From NCBI GenBank assembly GCA_964642305.1, contig CAZXOE010000005.1:13369-77368 (forward strand): DNA of 64,000 nt. Reading direction: 5' to 3'. Positions 48,262 through 60,888 of this stretch are shown here, one piece after another. The stretch's first letter is position 1. Each line of letters begins with the position of its first letter. A program made the position numbers and the translations under genes. The DNA comes from an uncultured Candidatus Saccharibacteria bacterium (GTDB lineage: Bacteria; Patescibacteriota; Minisyncoccia; Phycocordibacterales; UBA1550). The notes below the pieces were generated by a model. It ran no database searches. It was not told the DNA's origin and was given only the letters and a program-made list of their open reading frames with translations.

Positions 48262-49695
48262 TTAAATGATATTCAATTTTTGCGTATTCTCAAAATCCTT
48301 ACCAATCGCAAAAAGCTCATCCTCACCAAAGTTTGGAGCAATGAACTGGATACCAAGTGGAAGTTTTGAACCACCCTCTTCCACAAAACCAGACGGAATT
48401 GAAATGGCAGGAACTCCAGCAATATTCACAGGCACGGTAAAAATATCAGCGAGGTACATTTGAAGCGGGTCAGACGACTTTTCACCAATCTTGAATGCTG
48501 GTGTTGGAGTGGTAGGTGTTGCAATAATATCCACGCTTTCAAATGCTTTCTTTAGATCATTTTTAAGCATCTCTCGCACAGCGCATGCGCGACCATAATA
48601 TGAGTCGTAGTAGCCCGACGAAAGAACATATGTGCCGAGGAGAATTCTGCGACGAACTTCTCGTCCAAAACCCTCTCCGCGCGAACGCATATAATCATCT
48701 AGAAGGTTTGCTCCGTCTGCGTGGTGTCCATAACGCACACCATCAAAACGCGCGAGGTTTGAAGAAACTTCCGCGGGCATCAAAATATAATAAACAGAAA
48801 GTCCGTGAGCGAGGGATGGCAAAGAAATTTCTTTTACTTCGTAGCCCGCTTTTTTCATCTTCTCAATTGACTCTTCAAAGTTTTTTATCACGCGTGGGTC
48901 AACGCCTTTTGCGTGCACAAACTCGGTCGGTACACCGATTACTTTAGGTTTAGAAAAAGTCTTGCGCGGAAAATCATCTGGGTAGGATGTACTATCCATT
49001 GCATCATGCCCCTTAATACAATCAAAAATTATTTCTGCATCTTCTACTGTTTTCGCAAAGGGTCCTGCTTGGTCAAGAGAGCTCGCCATTGCAATTAGTC
49101 CAGAGCGTGACACACTGCCGTATGTAGGCTTCAACCCCACTACTCCGCAAAAGGATGCGGGCTGGCGAATAGAACCACCTGTGTCAGTACCAAGCGCGCC
49201 GAGGCACGCGCCTCCTGCAAGAGCTGACGCGGAGCCACCCGACGAACCTCCAGGTACACGAGTTTTGTCATGAGGATTTTTTGTAACTCCAAAAGCAGAG
49301 TTCTCTGTTGAGCCACCCATTGCAAACTCATCCATATTTGTGCGACCAATGAACACCGCTCCAGCTGAGCGAAGTTTTTTTGTCACAAATGCATCATAAG
49401 TCGCTGTATAATTCTCGAGCATCTTTGATGAAGCGCTCGCTATTTTGCCCTTGATCAAAATATTGTCCTTCATCGCGATTGGAATACCTGTCATCATTGT
49501 TGCAAGGCCATCATCTATCATTTTTTGTGCCACCTCTGCTTGAGCACGCACGTCATCAAAAATTTCTAGGTATGCATTTAGATCTTTTGTCTCCTCCGCG
49601 ACCTTCAGAACCGCCTCAGCAAGTTCAAGCACACTCATTTTTTTGCTTACGAGAAGCTCGTGCGCCTGCTTGATTGTAAGATTCTTAATATCCAT
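48262..49695 (-). CDS. gatA: Glu-tRNA(Gln)/Asp-tRNA(Asn) amidotransferase subunit A
   Basis: Amidase signature GGSSGGSASALAGG and the Ser-cisSer-Lys region. Confidence 0.9.
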   Translation of the reverse strand: MDIKNLTIKQAHELLVSKKMSVLELAEAVLKVAEETKDLNAYLEIFDDVRAQAEVAQKMIDDGLATMMTGIPIAMKDNILIKGKIASASSKMLENYTATYDAFVTKKLRSAGAVFIGRTNMDEFAMGGSTENSAFGVTKNPHDKTRVPGGSSGGSASALAGGACLGALGTDTGGSIRQPASFCGVVGLKPTYGSVSRSGLIAMASSLDQAGPFAKTVEDAEIIFDCIKGHDAMDSTSYPDDFPRKTFSKPKVIGVPTEFVHAKGVDPRVIKNFEESIEKMKKAGYEVKEISLPSLAHGLSVYYILMPAEVSSNLARFDGVRYGHHADGANLLDDYMRSRGEGFGREVRRRILLGTYVLSSGYYDSYYGRACAVREMLKNDLKKAFESVDIIATPTTPTPAFKIGEKSSDPLQMYLADIFTVPVNIAGVPAISIPSGFVEEGGSKLPLGIQFIAPNFGEDELFAIGKDFENTQKLNII

Positions 49696-49696
49696 A

Positions 49697-49981
49697 TTAC
49701 ATAATCTTCTTCACAAACACCCTGTTCCCTTCGCGAGATGGCGCCTGTTTGAGAACTTCCTCAGTGAATACTCCTCCTTCGTGAGGTTCGCTATCCTCTC
49801 GCATTACATTACGCAATTCTCCCACCTCAGGCGCGCCGAGCTCCGCCGTGACTTCCCTTACCTGCGAAACATACGCCAAAATCTCCTCCAAATCATGCTG
49901 AAGGATCTTTTTCTCATCATCTGAAACCGCAATGCGGGCAAGCCCCGCAAGGTGTTCCACGTCTTTTAGTTCGATCACCAT
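49697..49981 (-). CDS. gatC: Glu-tRNA(Gln) amidotransferase subunit C
   Basis: 94 aa starting at the internal Met MVIELKDVEHLAGLARI...; sits directly upstream of gatA. Confidence 0.7.
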   Translation of the reverse strand: MVIELKDVEHLAGLARIAVSDDEKKILQHDLEEILAYVSQVREVTAELGAPEVGELRNVMREDSEPHEGGVFTEEVLKQAPSREGNRVFVKKIM

Positions 49982-49990
49982 ATTGTCACA

Positions 49991-50044
49991 ATATACCACA
50001 GCCACGCTTCTCATGCGAGAAGCGTGGCTGTGGTATATTTTTAT
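49991..50044. terminator. 22 bp perfect-stem hairpin between the surface-protein gene and gatC
   Basis: ATATACCACAGCCACGCTTCTC-ATGC-GAGAAGCGTGGCTGTGGTATAT followed by TTTTT. Confidence 0.7.
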
Positions 50045-50057
50045 AATATATAGCTGA

Positions 50058-51221
50058 CTAAAACTGCCAAAAGCGAGTTTTTGGCTTGCAGTCAGCAAGA
50101 CACGATGTCGCTGTTTCTCCATCCTCGCAAACATTGTTACCACAAACAGGCGCAACTACTGTATTAGCACAGATTCCTGATGATAAATCTTGTCCAGCGG
50201 GACAAAGACTACATAGTGGCGGGTTCAATGCCAGATTATTGCATGTTGCGCCGTTCCCATAAATATCCCCAGCTCCACTACATCCACCAGTGCATACGAC
50301 ACAAAAAGAACCGTCGTACGCCTGACCAGTTGGACATACAGTGCAAGAAGAAGCGATTGTTGCTCCGTTTGAACATGATGTTAGTGTAAATGTCGCGCTC
50401 ACAGTACATGCTCCTGTGATTGCTCCTGTAGTGTATGTGGTGCCAGAGAGTGAACCTCCGCAACCAGAAGCTGATGCTGTGTAGCCAGCGTTTGATGTTA
50501 CTGTGAAGGTTGTGGTGTTCCCATGGCTAACTGTACGTGATGATGGAGAAATGGTACCATTAGCTCCCGCAGAGGTTGAGACGGTGTAGGAGTTTAGCGA
50601 GTAGTTCCCACTAAAACTAATCATACCACCAGAAGTTAGCGTAAGCGACTGAGATGCTGGTTTTGTATACCCAACTACATCTCCCCACGTTATTGTATAT
50701 GTTCCCGTTGGCTTTGAGGTTGAGGTTTGAGAAGTGCCAGAGCCAGTGATTGTTGCTGGTCCAGTAATGGTCCAAGTGGATGAGATGTTTGAGGAGACGG
50801 AGACGGTGCCGGTGGTTGGAACAGCAGTAACAGTGAATAGTATCTCTGCAATAGGATAATAGCAATCGGTCCAGCATCCCCATTTACTTAGCATAGATCC
50901 TAAAATATATACACCAGGTGTATTAGGTACATTTATATTAATTGGTCCGCTGGCTGGAAAAAAACCAAGTACCTCAAACCAACTACCGTCTAAAGACAAA
51001 AAATAAAGATCACTCCAATCATAACCATGGGTGTCATTTAAAATTGTTCGGTTTAACGACATTGACTCACCAACTGTATAAACATCCTTATTGCTTGTTA
51101 TTGTATATGATCCATTTGAAGTGCCAAGGAGACCTATAGTAACAGTTGCCCCAAAAACATTTAGTGGTAGAACAAAAAGAAGGATTACAGCAAACAAAAT
51201 TGTTTTAAAAATTTTCATCAT
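50058..51221 (-). CDS. Secreted surface protein with the shared Ig-like domain and a Cys-rich C-terminal region
   Basis: Signal peptide; domain VSVSSNISSTWTITGPATITGSGTSQTSTSKPTGTYTITWG; more than 25 Cys in the last 120 aa. Confidence 0.65.
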   Translation of the reverse strand: MMKIFKTILFAVILLFVLPLNVFGATVTIGLLGTSNGSYTITSNKDVYTVGESMSLNRTILNDTHGYDWSDLYFLSLDGSWFEVLGFFPASGPININVPNTPGVYILGSMLSKWGCWTDCYYPIAEILFTVTAVPTTGTVSVSSNISSTWTITGPATITGSGTSQTSTSKPTGTYTITWGDVVGYTKPASQSLTLTSGGMISFSGNYSLNSYTVSTSAGANGTISPSSRTVSHGNTTTFTVTSNAGYTASASGCGGSLSGTTYTTGAITGACTVSATFTLTSCSNGATIASSCTVCPTGQAYDGSFCVVCTGGCSGAGDIYGNGATCNNLALNPPLCSLCPAGQDLSSGICANTVVAPVCGNNVCEDGETATSCLADCKPKTRFWQF

Positions 51222-51670
51222 TTCTTTAATACACTAATACTCACCTGATCTCTTGTGATAGTAATGCTCATATCATTATTCCATTTTGTGCCATAGAGTG
51301 ATGACACGTTGTCGCTCTCATACTTATTAACAATACTCCAATTTTGTTTTTCGAGAAAATCAGTGTAGAGTGTGTAGTTTTCTTTGACTGTTTTTGCTGA
51401 ATCAAAAACTATCGTCATTTGTTTCTGTCCGACGTAATTCAAGCTATAACTCTGCTCAAATTTTGCACCATTCTCAATAGGTATATTTGTCGGAAAATCG
51501 GTTGGCACATTTGTTCCAAAATCTGTCCTCTGTGGCTCCTTTATAATTACATCTGTCTTCTCTAATACAGGTGCAGGAACCTTGCTTATGTTTTGCTTAT
51601 ACAAAAAAAGAGTGCCTACAACGAGAACAATGATACTGATAATAACTATTATTATATTTCTATAATTCAT
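51218..51670 (-). CDS. Small membrane-anchored protein, paralog of 44844..45320
   Basis: 150 aa with an N-terminal TM; overlaps the downstream gene by 4 nt. Confidence 0.6.
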   Translation of the reverse strand: MNYRNIIIVIISIIVLVVGTLFLYKQNISKVPAPVLEKTDVIIKEPQRTDFGTNVPTDFPTNIPIENGAKFEQSYSLNYVGQKQMTIVFDSAKTVKENYTLYTDFLEKQNWSIVNKYESDNVSSLYGTKWNNDMSITITRDQVSISVLKK

Positions 51671-51678
51671 TGCTTTTA

Positions 51679-54196
<2,518 letters not shown>

Positions 54197-54200
54197 TTTA

Positions 54201-54716
54201 TTAAATTGCCCACTTAAAAAGGTACTCTGTGACAGTAATTGTACCTACCTGTCCACCAGTCTTCCATTCCACTTTGGAGGTAACCTTCCGTTCTATTGCT
54301 CCAGTGACAACACTTTCTATTATTACAAGTCTTGTAAACTGCGTTGGTGTTCCAGCTCCTTCCTGTTTGTAAAATCCAGCATCAATCAACACAGGTTTCT
54401 GAGTGCTATCTGATGAAGTGAGTGGTGTAGTAGAAATTGCATTAACAGTATAATATGCTGGACTTGATAGGGCAAAAATATCAAAACCAACGGCACTATT
54501 TAGCATATTGGTATCCCTCACCTGCCTTACAACCTCTATTCCTTCCTGCGCGAGATTGATTGCGATCATTTGATCTTTTGCATAGTAAAGTTTATGAAGA
54601 GCATCACCAATAAGCGAAATCGGACCAACAACTGCGATGAGCAGTATTGTAATAGCGACGAGCGTCTCTATTAGTGTGAATCCTTTTTTGCTGTGGATGA
54701 ATTTATTGGTTGTCAT
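54201..54716 (-). CDS. Type IV pilin-like (minor pilin or pseudopilin)
   Basis: Prepilin signal [13 protein letters not shown]. Confidence 0.75.
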   Translation of the reverse strand: MTTNKFIHSKKGFTLIETLVAITILLIAVVGPISLIGDALHKLYYAKDQMIAINLAQEGIEVVRQVRDTNMLNSAVGFDIFALSSPAYYTVNAISTTPLTSSDSTQKPVLIDAGFYKQEGAGTPTQFTRLVIIESVVTGAIERKVTSKVEWKTGGQVGTITVTEYLFKWAI

Positions 54717-55290
54717 ATGCGCGTTGTGTTACCGTAGTCTGCATTTTAAAATTTGATGCCGTAGGACCTGAACCAAGTGACCCATCAATGACGATAACGA
54801 CCATTGGCTGTATTGTGTCCGTAGTAATTCCCGCGCTTCCAGTGACAATAAATTTTAGGCTTGTTATATCAACCTCCGGACTTGTTATTAGCTTATTGTC
54901 ACGCAAAATACATCCTTGTGTTCCTGTGTATCCAACTCCACACCCTCCTGGAACAGGATTTGACCCGACCACGCGCCTATATATAACGCGAACAGAAGCA
55001 TCACTGTCATCATTAAACGAGAGTGCGTTTCCTGGTATTGATGCACAGTCTTGTGTCCCACTAGCATATTCTCCACAATAATAGCTTGACCCGGTCTTAA
55101 TCCTTCTTGTCATATCCTCAAGAGAGATGTTGAGATTGTCCGCTGCGATACGAACAGAGCGAGTCTTGCGGTCGGTATTCACAATAGAAAGGAACGCGCT
55201 CGTAGCGATGAACATAATTATAGTAAAGAGCCCGAGAGAAACTGTCATCTCAATCAAAGTGAATCCTTTTTGTTTACAGAGAGTGCTCAT
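54703..55290 (-). CDS. Type IV pilin-like (minor pilin or pseudopilin)
   Basis: Prepilin signal QKGFTLIEMTVSL. Confidence 0.75.
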   Translation of the reverse strand: MSTLCKQKGFTLIEMTVSLGLFTIIMFIATSAFLSIVNTDRKTRSVRIAADNLNISLEDMTRRIKTGSSYYCGEYASGTQDCASIPGNALSFNDDSDASVRVIYRRVVGSNPVPGGCGVGYTGTQGCILRDNKLITSPEVDITSLKFIVTGSAGITTDTIQPMVVIVIDGSLGSGPTASNFKMQTTVTQRAYDNQ

Positions 55291-55291
55291 T

Positions 55292-55972
55292 TTATTGAAG
55301 TGAAATTTGCCCAGTGTTTGTTATCCTTATAGTGCTTGCCTTGGTTCCATTTCCAATTTCTACAGACATATTTGCTATATCGGTTCCTGCTCCATCTTTT
55401 ATAATAGCATCGGGCTTTGGACGTATGAATGTTACGCTTGCGGTACCGCTACCACAAGCACCACCATCGCAAATCAGTGACATAGAAGAAACAACGCTTC
55501 CCCAATTTATTGTTTCAATAATCGTGTCTGAGGTGGTATATCTTCCATTACCTGAGGTCGTGGTTATTGGTGGATTAGCTGAAGGGTGTGTGTCCGCAAA
55601 TATAATAATTTTATTTGGGGTTGTTTGATCAAAATGAACGCCATACGGCGTAACAAACGAACCTCCAGCACCTTTTACCCCCACTCCATACACCTGCGCT
55701 TGGCGAAGAGCTAAAACAATATCCTCAGACGCATTAGCAAAAAGCGCGTTAGTATTGTATCCACGATAGTTTGAAAGAACCACGCCAGTTAGAACAGCAA
55801 AAATACCGAGGGAGACCAGGACTTCAACGAGAGTAAACCCCATTAGAGACGAACGCACGCTGCGAGCCCCCCGCCCGCCATCGCTTGAGTTTAATTGGTG
55901 CTCTGGCGAAAGCGGGCTGGTCGCGGTCTCTAACGGGGCATGCCCGCCTAATTTTAGTGTACATTTGTTCAT
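55292..55972 (-). CDS. Type IV pilin-like protein with an unusually long leader (or mis-set start)
   Basis: MGFTLVEVLVSL prepilin core after about 45 aa. Confidence 0.6.
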   Translation of the reverse strand: MNKCTLKLGGHAPLETATSPLSPEHQLNSSDGGRGARSVRSSLMGFTLVEVLVSLGIFAVLTGVVLSNYRGYNTNALFANASEDIVLALRQAQVYGVGVKGAGGSFVTPYGVHFDQTTPNKIIIFADTHPSANPPITTTSGNGRYTTSDTIIETINWGSVVSSMSLICDGGACGSGTASVTFIRPKPDAIIKDGAGTDIANMSVEIGNGTKASTIRITNTGQISLQ

Positions 55973-56781
55973 ATGAACTTAAAAAAATTTACTGACCCGT
56001 CAAAAAAATTCACTCCTGTAAAGTATACTATAAAAACAGCAAGTATCATGAATGGCCCGAATGGGATTTCACTTTTCATAGTAAGTCTACTATTTGTACT
56101 ATACCAAAACTTCTGAACGACCATTATAGCGAGCGCGTACGCTGCCCCTATCCAAAATGCGAGCATTATCGCTGAACCGCCAAGTGTCGCTCCGAGGAAC
56201 CAGCCAATACCGAGAGCGAGTTTGCCGTCACCAAGCCCGAGCCAGCGTCCTTTTGACACAAACCAAAGAGCCCAAAATGGAAAGAATAGCATCGGCCCTG
56301 CGATGAGTGTCCAATAGTACGGAAATTGCAAAAGTCGCTCAAAGCTCGCCGGAGTTGACCAAATGAACCAAAAAAGTGAAAGTAGCGCGAAAAAAATAGC
56401 TAAACCGTCTGGAATAATCTGATGTCGTATATCATAGACGGCAATAACCAGAAGCGTTGAAAAAATTATGAGCAAGTACCCAGTCTCAATCGGCGTTTTA
56501 CCGAGCAGAAATACTGATACAAAAATTGCTCCAGATAATATTTCAACTATCGGATACTGCCACGAAAGTCGCACGCCACACTCTGAGCATCGTCCCTTTG
56601 ATGCCAAAAAACTAAAAACTGGTATAAGCTGACGCCATGTGAGGGTTTTCCCGCACGAAAAACATTGCGAGCGCCCAGAGAGCGGTGAAGTCCCGCTATT
56701 ATAGCGATAAATCACCACATTCAAAAAACTCCCTATAATCGTGCCGAAAATAAAAACAATGATGAGCATCAGGAAATCCAT
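55969..56781 (-). CDS. pilD: Prepilin peptidase (A24 family)
   Basis: N-terminal CxxC...CxxC zinc motif (CFSCGK...CSECG) and a polytopic TM region. Confidence 0.85.
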   Translation of the reverse strand: MDFLMLIIVFIFGTIIGSFLNVVIYRYNSGTSPLSGRSQCFSCGKTLTWRQLIPVFSFLASKGRCSECGVRLSWQYPIVEILSGAIFVSVFLLGKTPIETGYLLIIFSTLLVIAVYDIRHQIIPDGLAIFFALLSLFWFIWSTPASFERLLQFPYYWTLIAGPMLFFPFWALWFVSKGRWLGLGDGKLALGIGWFLGATLGGSAIMLAFWIGAAYALAIMVVQKFWYSTNSRLTMKSEIPFGPFMILAVFIVYFTGVNFFDGSVNFFKFI

Positions 56782-56856
56782 TGTGTTATTTTACCCTAAA
56801 ACGTTTAGTACTCAAAACGTTCGGACGACTCGCAACTAGCGGTTTTAGCCACAAAA

Positions 56857-56906
56857 CAAAACACTCGCCGAGTGGCGAGTGTTTTGTTTTGTGGCTACCT
56901 ACAGGC
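56857..56906 (-). terminator. 23 bp-stem hairpin at the 3' end of the pilin gene
   Basis: AGCCACAAAACAAAACACTCGCC-GAGT-GGCGAGTGTTTTGTTTTGTGGCT. Confidence 0.7.
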
Positions 56907-57398
56907 GTCCGAACCGTCTATTGCGAAAGCTATATCCTCACCTACTGCATACGAGTAAGCTCTCGAGCTTCCTACACTGTCAACACACCAGGAATCTGGC
57001 TCGTTTGCAGGCGCAGGGCCATCTGATGATTTAAGCTGTACGGCAACCGCCCATGTGGTAGCAGTAGCAACACATCTGCTTAGTGATGCTCCACCAGCCT
57101 TTGTGTATGCCTCACTCACTCCTGAAAAGATCTTGGCGTCTGCAAAGATATTTCCTGACGACACTACTGTTGGACAGGTAGACGAAGCGTATTCATTCCC
57201 AGCAGATGCATACTCCTGACTATTGTCATCATACCAAATGCTTGCCATTCCGCGGAGGTTGGTTATGTTGGACTTGATTGCCGCGTCAGTAGCTTTTGTG
57301 CGAGCAGTATTAAGAGACCCCAAAACAACCGATGCGAGAATACCGATGATTGCAATTACGATGAGAATTTCTATTAATGTAAAACCTTTTTTATACAT
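56895..57398 (-). CDS. Type IV major pilin paralog 1; start set at the internal Met
   Basis: [25 protein letters not shown]. Confidence 0.8.
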   Translation of the reverse strand: MYKKGFTLIEILIVIAIIGILASVVLGSLNTARTKATDAAIKSNITNLRGMASIWYDDNSQEYASAGNEYASSTCPTVVSSGNIFADAKIFSGVSEAYTKAGGASLSRCVATATTWAVAVQLKSSDGPAPANEPDSWCVDSVGSSRAYSYAVGEDIAFAIDGSDACR

Positions 57399-57430
57399 TA
57401 TATGGATAATAACATAATCTTTATTTAAAC

Positions 57431-57466
57431 AAAACAAAACCCCGCAGAATTGCGGGGTTTTGTTTT
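57431..57466 (-). terminator. Hairpin terminator after pilin paralog 2
   Basis: AAAACAAAACCCCGCA-GAAT-TGCGGGGTTTTGTTTT. Confidence 0.8.
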
Positions 57467-57502
57467 ACTAAATTCAACGAACGCTAAATTACTGCTATGT
57501 TG

Positions 57503-57967
57503 TTATAAACAAGCAATAGCTGAATCAACAGTAGCTGATGATGACGCTGAGGTTCCCTTTGAATCAACACACCAAACAGTAGCAGAAGATGACTTCAAAT
57601 TTGCGAAAACAGCCCATGCAGCATCAGGAGATGTTGCAACGTTCGCATATACTGTAGCACCAGAAGCTGATGCGATTGACTTAAGCGCAGTCAAAAAAGT
57701 GGTATCAGCAGTTATGTTTGACGCACAGCCAGCTGGAACACCTGCTGATGTTACAGTACAATTTCCTGCTGTTCCGTAAGTGCTTGCTCCAGCACCATCG
57801 TAATAAATTTCTGCCTGAGCGCGGAGGTTTGCAAGACCAGACTTGATGGCAGCGTCAGCGCCCTTTGAACGTGCTGAGTTGAGTGACGCCAAAACAACCG
57901 ATGCGAGGATACCGATGATTGCGATAACAACCAAGAGTTCAATAAGTGTAAAACCTTTTTTATTCAT
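57503..57967 (-). CDS. Type IV major pilin paralog 2
   Basis: [25 protein letters not shown]. Confidence 0.85.
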   Translation of the reverse strand: MNKKGFTLIELLVVIAIIGILASVVLASLNSARSKGADAAIKSGLANLRAQAEIYYDGAGASTYGTAGNCTVTSAGVPAGCASNITADTTFLTALKSIASASGATVYANVATSPDAAWAVFANLKSSSATVWCVDSKGTSASSSATVDSAIACL

Positions 57968-57989
57968 AATATTTTAAACGAGTAATTAA

Positions 57990-58200
57990 TTTATAAATTC
58001 CTTTTGTGAGAGAGGGTGGCATGGCCCGCCTGCCACCGCCCAATGTTACATCAGTGATGGTAAAACCAATCGTTAATACTTTTGGCGCTCCACCAATGCA
58101 CCTCCGTAAATTTGCGGTTAGGCATTGGCGGGCAGGCCATCGGCCACTCTCTCTCAACACCTGTATATTGTACCATCTATACTATTTTTAATGCAATAGG
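57990..58200. other. GC-rich (roughly 60%) structured region with a long imperfect inverted repeat, upstream of the pilin gene
   Basis: GAGAGAGGGTGGCATGGCCCGCCTGCCACCGCCCAATG ... CATTGGCGGGCAGGCCATCGGCCACTCTCTCTC with nested sub-hairpins (GGTGGCA/TGCCACC; GGCC-ATC-GGCC). Confidence 0.45.
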
Positions 58201-58228
58201 GGTGTGGATAAGTTCACCCTCCTAACTT

Positions 58229-58483
58229 TTAGTCATTTAAAAAGTGCTCGAGTATTCTAGCCAGCTGGTTACGCCCCCAACCTGTCTTCAAAAATTTCTC
58301 ACGGATATAAGCATCTCTTTTGTTAAGAAAAGCTTCGTAATAAATAATCCTAAGGGGCGTTCGGCGTTTGGTTGCGAGCACTTTTTTAGCATTATGCAGT
58401 ATGAGGCGATTTTTTAAATCCTGTGTACATCCAACATAAAGCTCTTTATCCTTTCCACTCTGTAGTACATAAACATACTGCAT
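58229..58483 (-). CDS. GIY-YIG nuclease domain protein (stand-alone catalytic domain)
   Basis: YVYVLQSGKDKELYVGCTQDLKNRLILH. Confidence 0.75.
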   Translation of the reverse strand: MQYVYVLQSGKDKELYVGCTQDLKNRLILHNAKKVLATKRRTPLRIIYYEAFLNKRDAYIREKFLKTGWGRNQLARILEHFLND

Positions 58484-58509
58484 AATGCGATGACTAAAAG
58501 TTGGGCGGG

Positions 58510-59706
58510 TTATACATTCCCCGCGATCTGATAGATAGGGATAAGCACCGACGCAAGCACTCCACCAACGCCAATACCGAGGGCTACAATCATAACTGGC
58601 TCTATCATGGAAATCACTGTTGCGATTGCAGTTTCAACCTCGCGTTTGTAGAAAAATGAAAGCTTTTGCAAAATATTTCCAAGCTCTCCGGTCTCCTCGC
58701 CAACTTTGACCATCTGAATCATCACATTTGGTATTTCTGGATGCCCCATAAGTGTAGCCGAGAGTGGAGCTCCACCCTTTACAGCAATAACTGATTTTTT
58801 GAGAATATCCTGATAGATCTCATTGTTCACAACCTTTGCGCTGATCTCTATTGAGCGCACCATTGAAATACCGTTTGAAAGCATCACGTGCATATTGTCC
58901 GTAATTCGCGACAAATAGAGCGTGCGGTAGAGATTACCTATGACGGGGAACCAAAGTTTTGCGTGCGCCATAAAACTCGTTCCTCTCGTAAAGCGCCACA
59001 CAAGAAAAAGGCTCGCCACAATAATCATCGCCATAAATACTCCATAATTGATCATCGCGTTACTCACACCAATAACAACTTTTGTGTATATAGGCACCTC
59101 CTGTCCGCTCTGTGTAATAATATCTGAAAGCTTTGGAATAACGAGCGTAAGCATAAGTATCATCACAACTATAAAGGTTAAAATAACAAACGCTGGGTAA
59201 ATGAGCGCCCCACGCGCCTTGGACATAAGCTCGTACGAACGCTCAAGGTAGTCCGCAAGCGCGTTAAAGGTTTCAGCAAGCTTGCCAGACTCCTCTCCAC
59301 CAATCACCATATTCACATAAAAATCCGAAAACAAAGCTGGATGCTTGAATAGCGCGCCAGAAATAGGCACACCGTTTTGAATATCGTCGGCTATCTCAGT
59401 AAACTTTTTTGCAACAAGCGGATTTTCTGCCTCGGAGGCAATAAGACGGAATGTTTTTAGCGCTGGCACATGCGCGTCAAGAAGTGTTGCTATCTGGCGA
59501 GAAATAATTGAAATTTCCTTCGCAGAAACGCGATTAAAAATATTGATGTCAATTTCAAAAATATTTCTTGAATCAGCAGAACGAACTGAAATAACTACTA
59601 GACCGCTTCTTTGAAGCGCATTAACCGCGGAATCCTGATTTTGCGCATCAATACTGCCTGTGGTTTCACTACCCTCTTTTGTTACTGCTTTGTATATAAA
59701 TAGCAT
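58510..59706 (-). CDS. pilC: Type IV pilus platform protein PilC (GspF family)
   Basis: Two GspF-type repeats and three TM. Confidence 0.85.
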   Translation of the reverse strand: MLFIYKAVTKEGSETTGSIDAQNQDSAVNALQRSGLVVISVRSADSRNIFEIDINIFNRVSAKEISIISRQIATLLDAHVPALKTFRLIASEAENPLVAKKFTEIADDIQNGVPISGALFKHPALFSDFYVNMVIGGEESGKLAETFNALADYLERSYELMSKARGALIYPAFVILTFIVVMILMLTLVIPKLSDIITQSGQEVPIYTKVVIGVSNAMINYGVFMAMIIVASLFLVWRFTRGTSFMAHAKLWFPVIGNLYRTLYLSRITDNMHVMLSNGISMVRSIEISAKVVNNEIYQDILKKSVIAVKGGAPLSATLMGHPEIPNVMIQMVKVGEETGELGNILQKLSFFYKREVETAIATVISMIEPVMIVALGIGVGGVLASVLIPIYQIAGNV

Positions 59707-59792
59707 GGATTATATAATTCTAAATTTTTAATTTCAAAATTGAGATATTAGAGAATTGTTTAAAAATTTAAAATTTGGTATTGGAAATTATT

Positions 59793-60869
59793 TTACGATT
59801 GCATCATCCTCTCCAGACCTTTTGGATTAAATGAATACAAAAGAGCCGTCTCTTGGCTAATTTCGCCCTTGAGCACAAGCTCTGAGAGGCTTCTGTTCAT
59901 ATCTATCATACCATCCTTCATCCCAGTCTCAATAACTATATCAACCTCATGCGTGCGACCTTCGCGAATAAGACTCGAAACAGCTGTATTGTTAATCAAA
60001 AGCTCATACGCGGGAATAAGCCCACCAGAAATACGTGGAACGAGACGCTGTGAAAAAATACCTACCAAGCTTCCAGCGAGCTGGACGCGAATTTGCGACT
60101 GCTGATCTCCAGGAAATGAGTCAATAATACGATCAATTGTTTGAGACGCATTGTTTGTGTGAAGTGTGGAAAGCACAAGGTGCCCAGTTTCCGCAGCTGT
60201 TACTGCTGTGGAAATCGTCTCTGGGTCACGCATTTCGCCAATCATAATCACATCAACATCCTGCCTAAAAGCAGATTGAAGCCCTGTCCTAAAATCTTTT
60301 GTATCAATACCAACCTCGCGTTGATCAATAATCGCCTTTTGCGAATTGAACATATACTCAACTGGATCCTCAATTGTCACAATATGCTCCGCTCTCTCGC
60401 GGTTGATAAGCTCCACCATAGAAGCAAGCGTCGTTGACTTCCCCTGTCCTACTGGGCCGACAACTAGAAAAAATCCTTGTTTCTTGCGTGTAAACATTTC
60501 AAGGATTGGTGGCAAGTTTAGCTCACTTATTGTCTTTACTTGTGTTGGGATGGCGCGCAAAGCAATACTAACAGCGCCTTTTTGATAAAACGCGCTTCCA
60601 CGAAAACGACCCTTGCTATGGAAATCATAGGAAAAATCAAGCTCTCTGTTTGCAAGAAATCTCTCCATAAAATCTGGTGAAACTAGATGAGCCAACATAC
60701 CCATTGTGTCATCATTGGTAAGCACATATAAATTCATAAGTGGTACTAAATTTCCCGAAACACGGAATGTAGGATAGTGTCCAACAGAAAGATGGATATC
60801 CGATGCTCCGTCGCTTATTGCTCGCGCTATTAGGACGTCAATTTCTTCTTTGTAATTTTTGCTGGTCAT
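59793..60869 (-). CDS. pilT: Twitching motility retraction ATPase PilT
   Basis: Walker A GPVGQGKSTT, IEDPVEY, GEMRD; 358 aa. Confidence 0.85.
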   Translation of the reverse strand: MTSKNYKEEIDVLIARAISDGASDIHLSVGHYPTFRVSGNLVPLMNLYVLTNDDTMGMLAHLVSPDFMERFLANRELDFSYDFHSKGRFRGSAFYQKGAVSIALRAIPTQVKTISELNLPPILEMFTRKKQGFFLVVGPVGQGKSTTLASMVELINRERAEHIVTIEDPVEYMFNSQKAIIDQREVGIDTKDFRTGLQSAFRQDVDVIMIGEMRDPETISTAVTAAETGHLVLSTLHTNNASQTIDRIIDSFPGDQQSQIRVQLAGSLVGIFSQRLVPRISGGLIPAYELLINNTAVSSLIREGRTHEVDIVIETGMKDGMIDMNRSLSELVLKGEISQETALLYSFNPKGLERMMQS

Positions 60870-60888
60870 TTTATATTCCTAAATAATA

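Noticed and set aside
57960-58191. ORFs of 66 and 61 aa in the GC-rich region upstream of the pilin gene
   Set aside because: They overlap on opposite strands, have Arg/Pro/Gly-rich composition driven by GC content, and coincide with the long inverted repeat, so an RNA or structural element is more likely.
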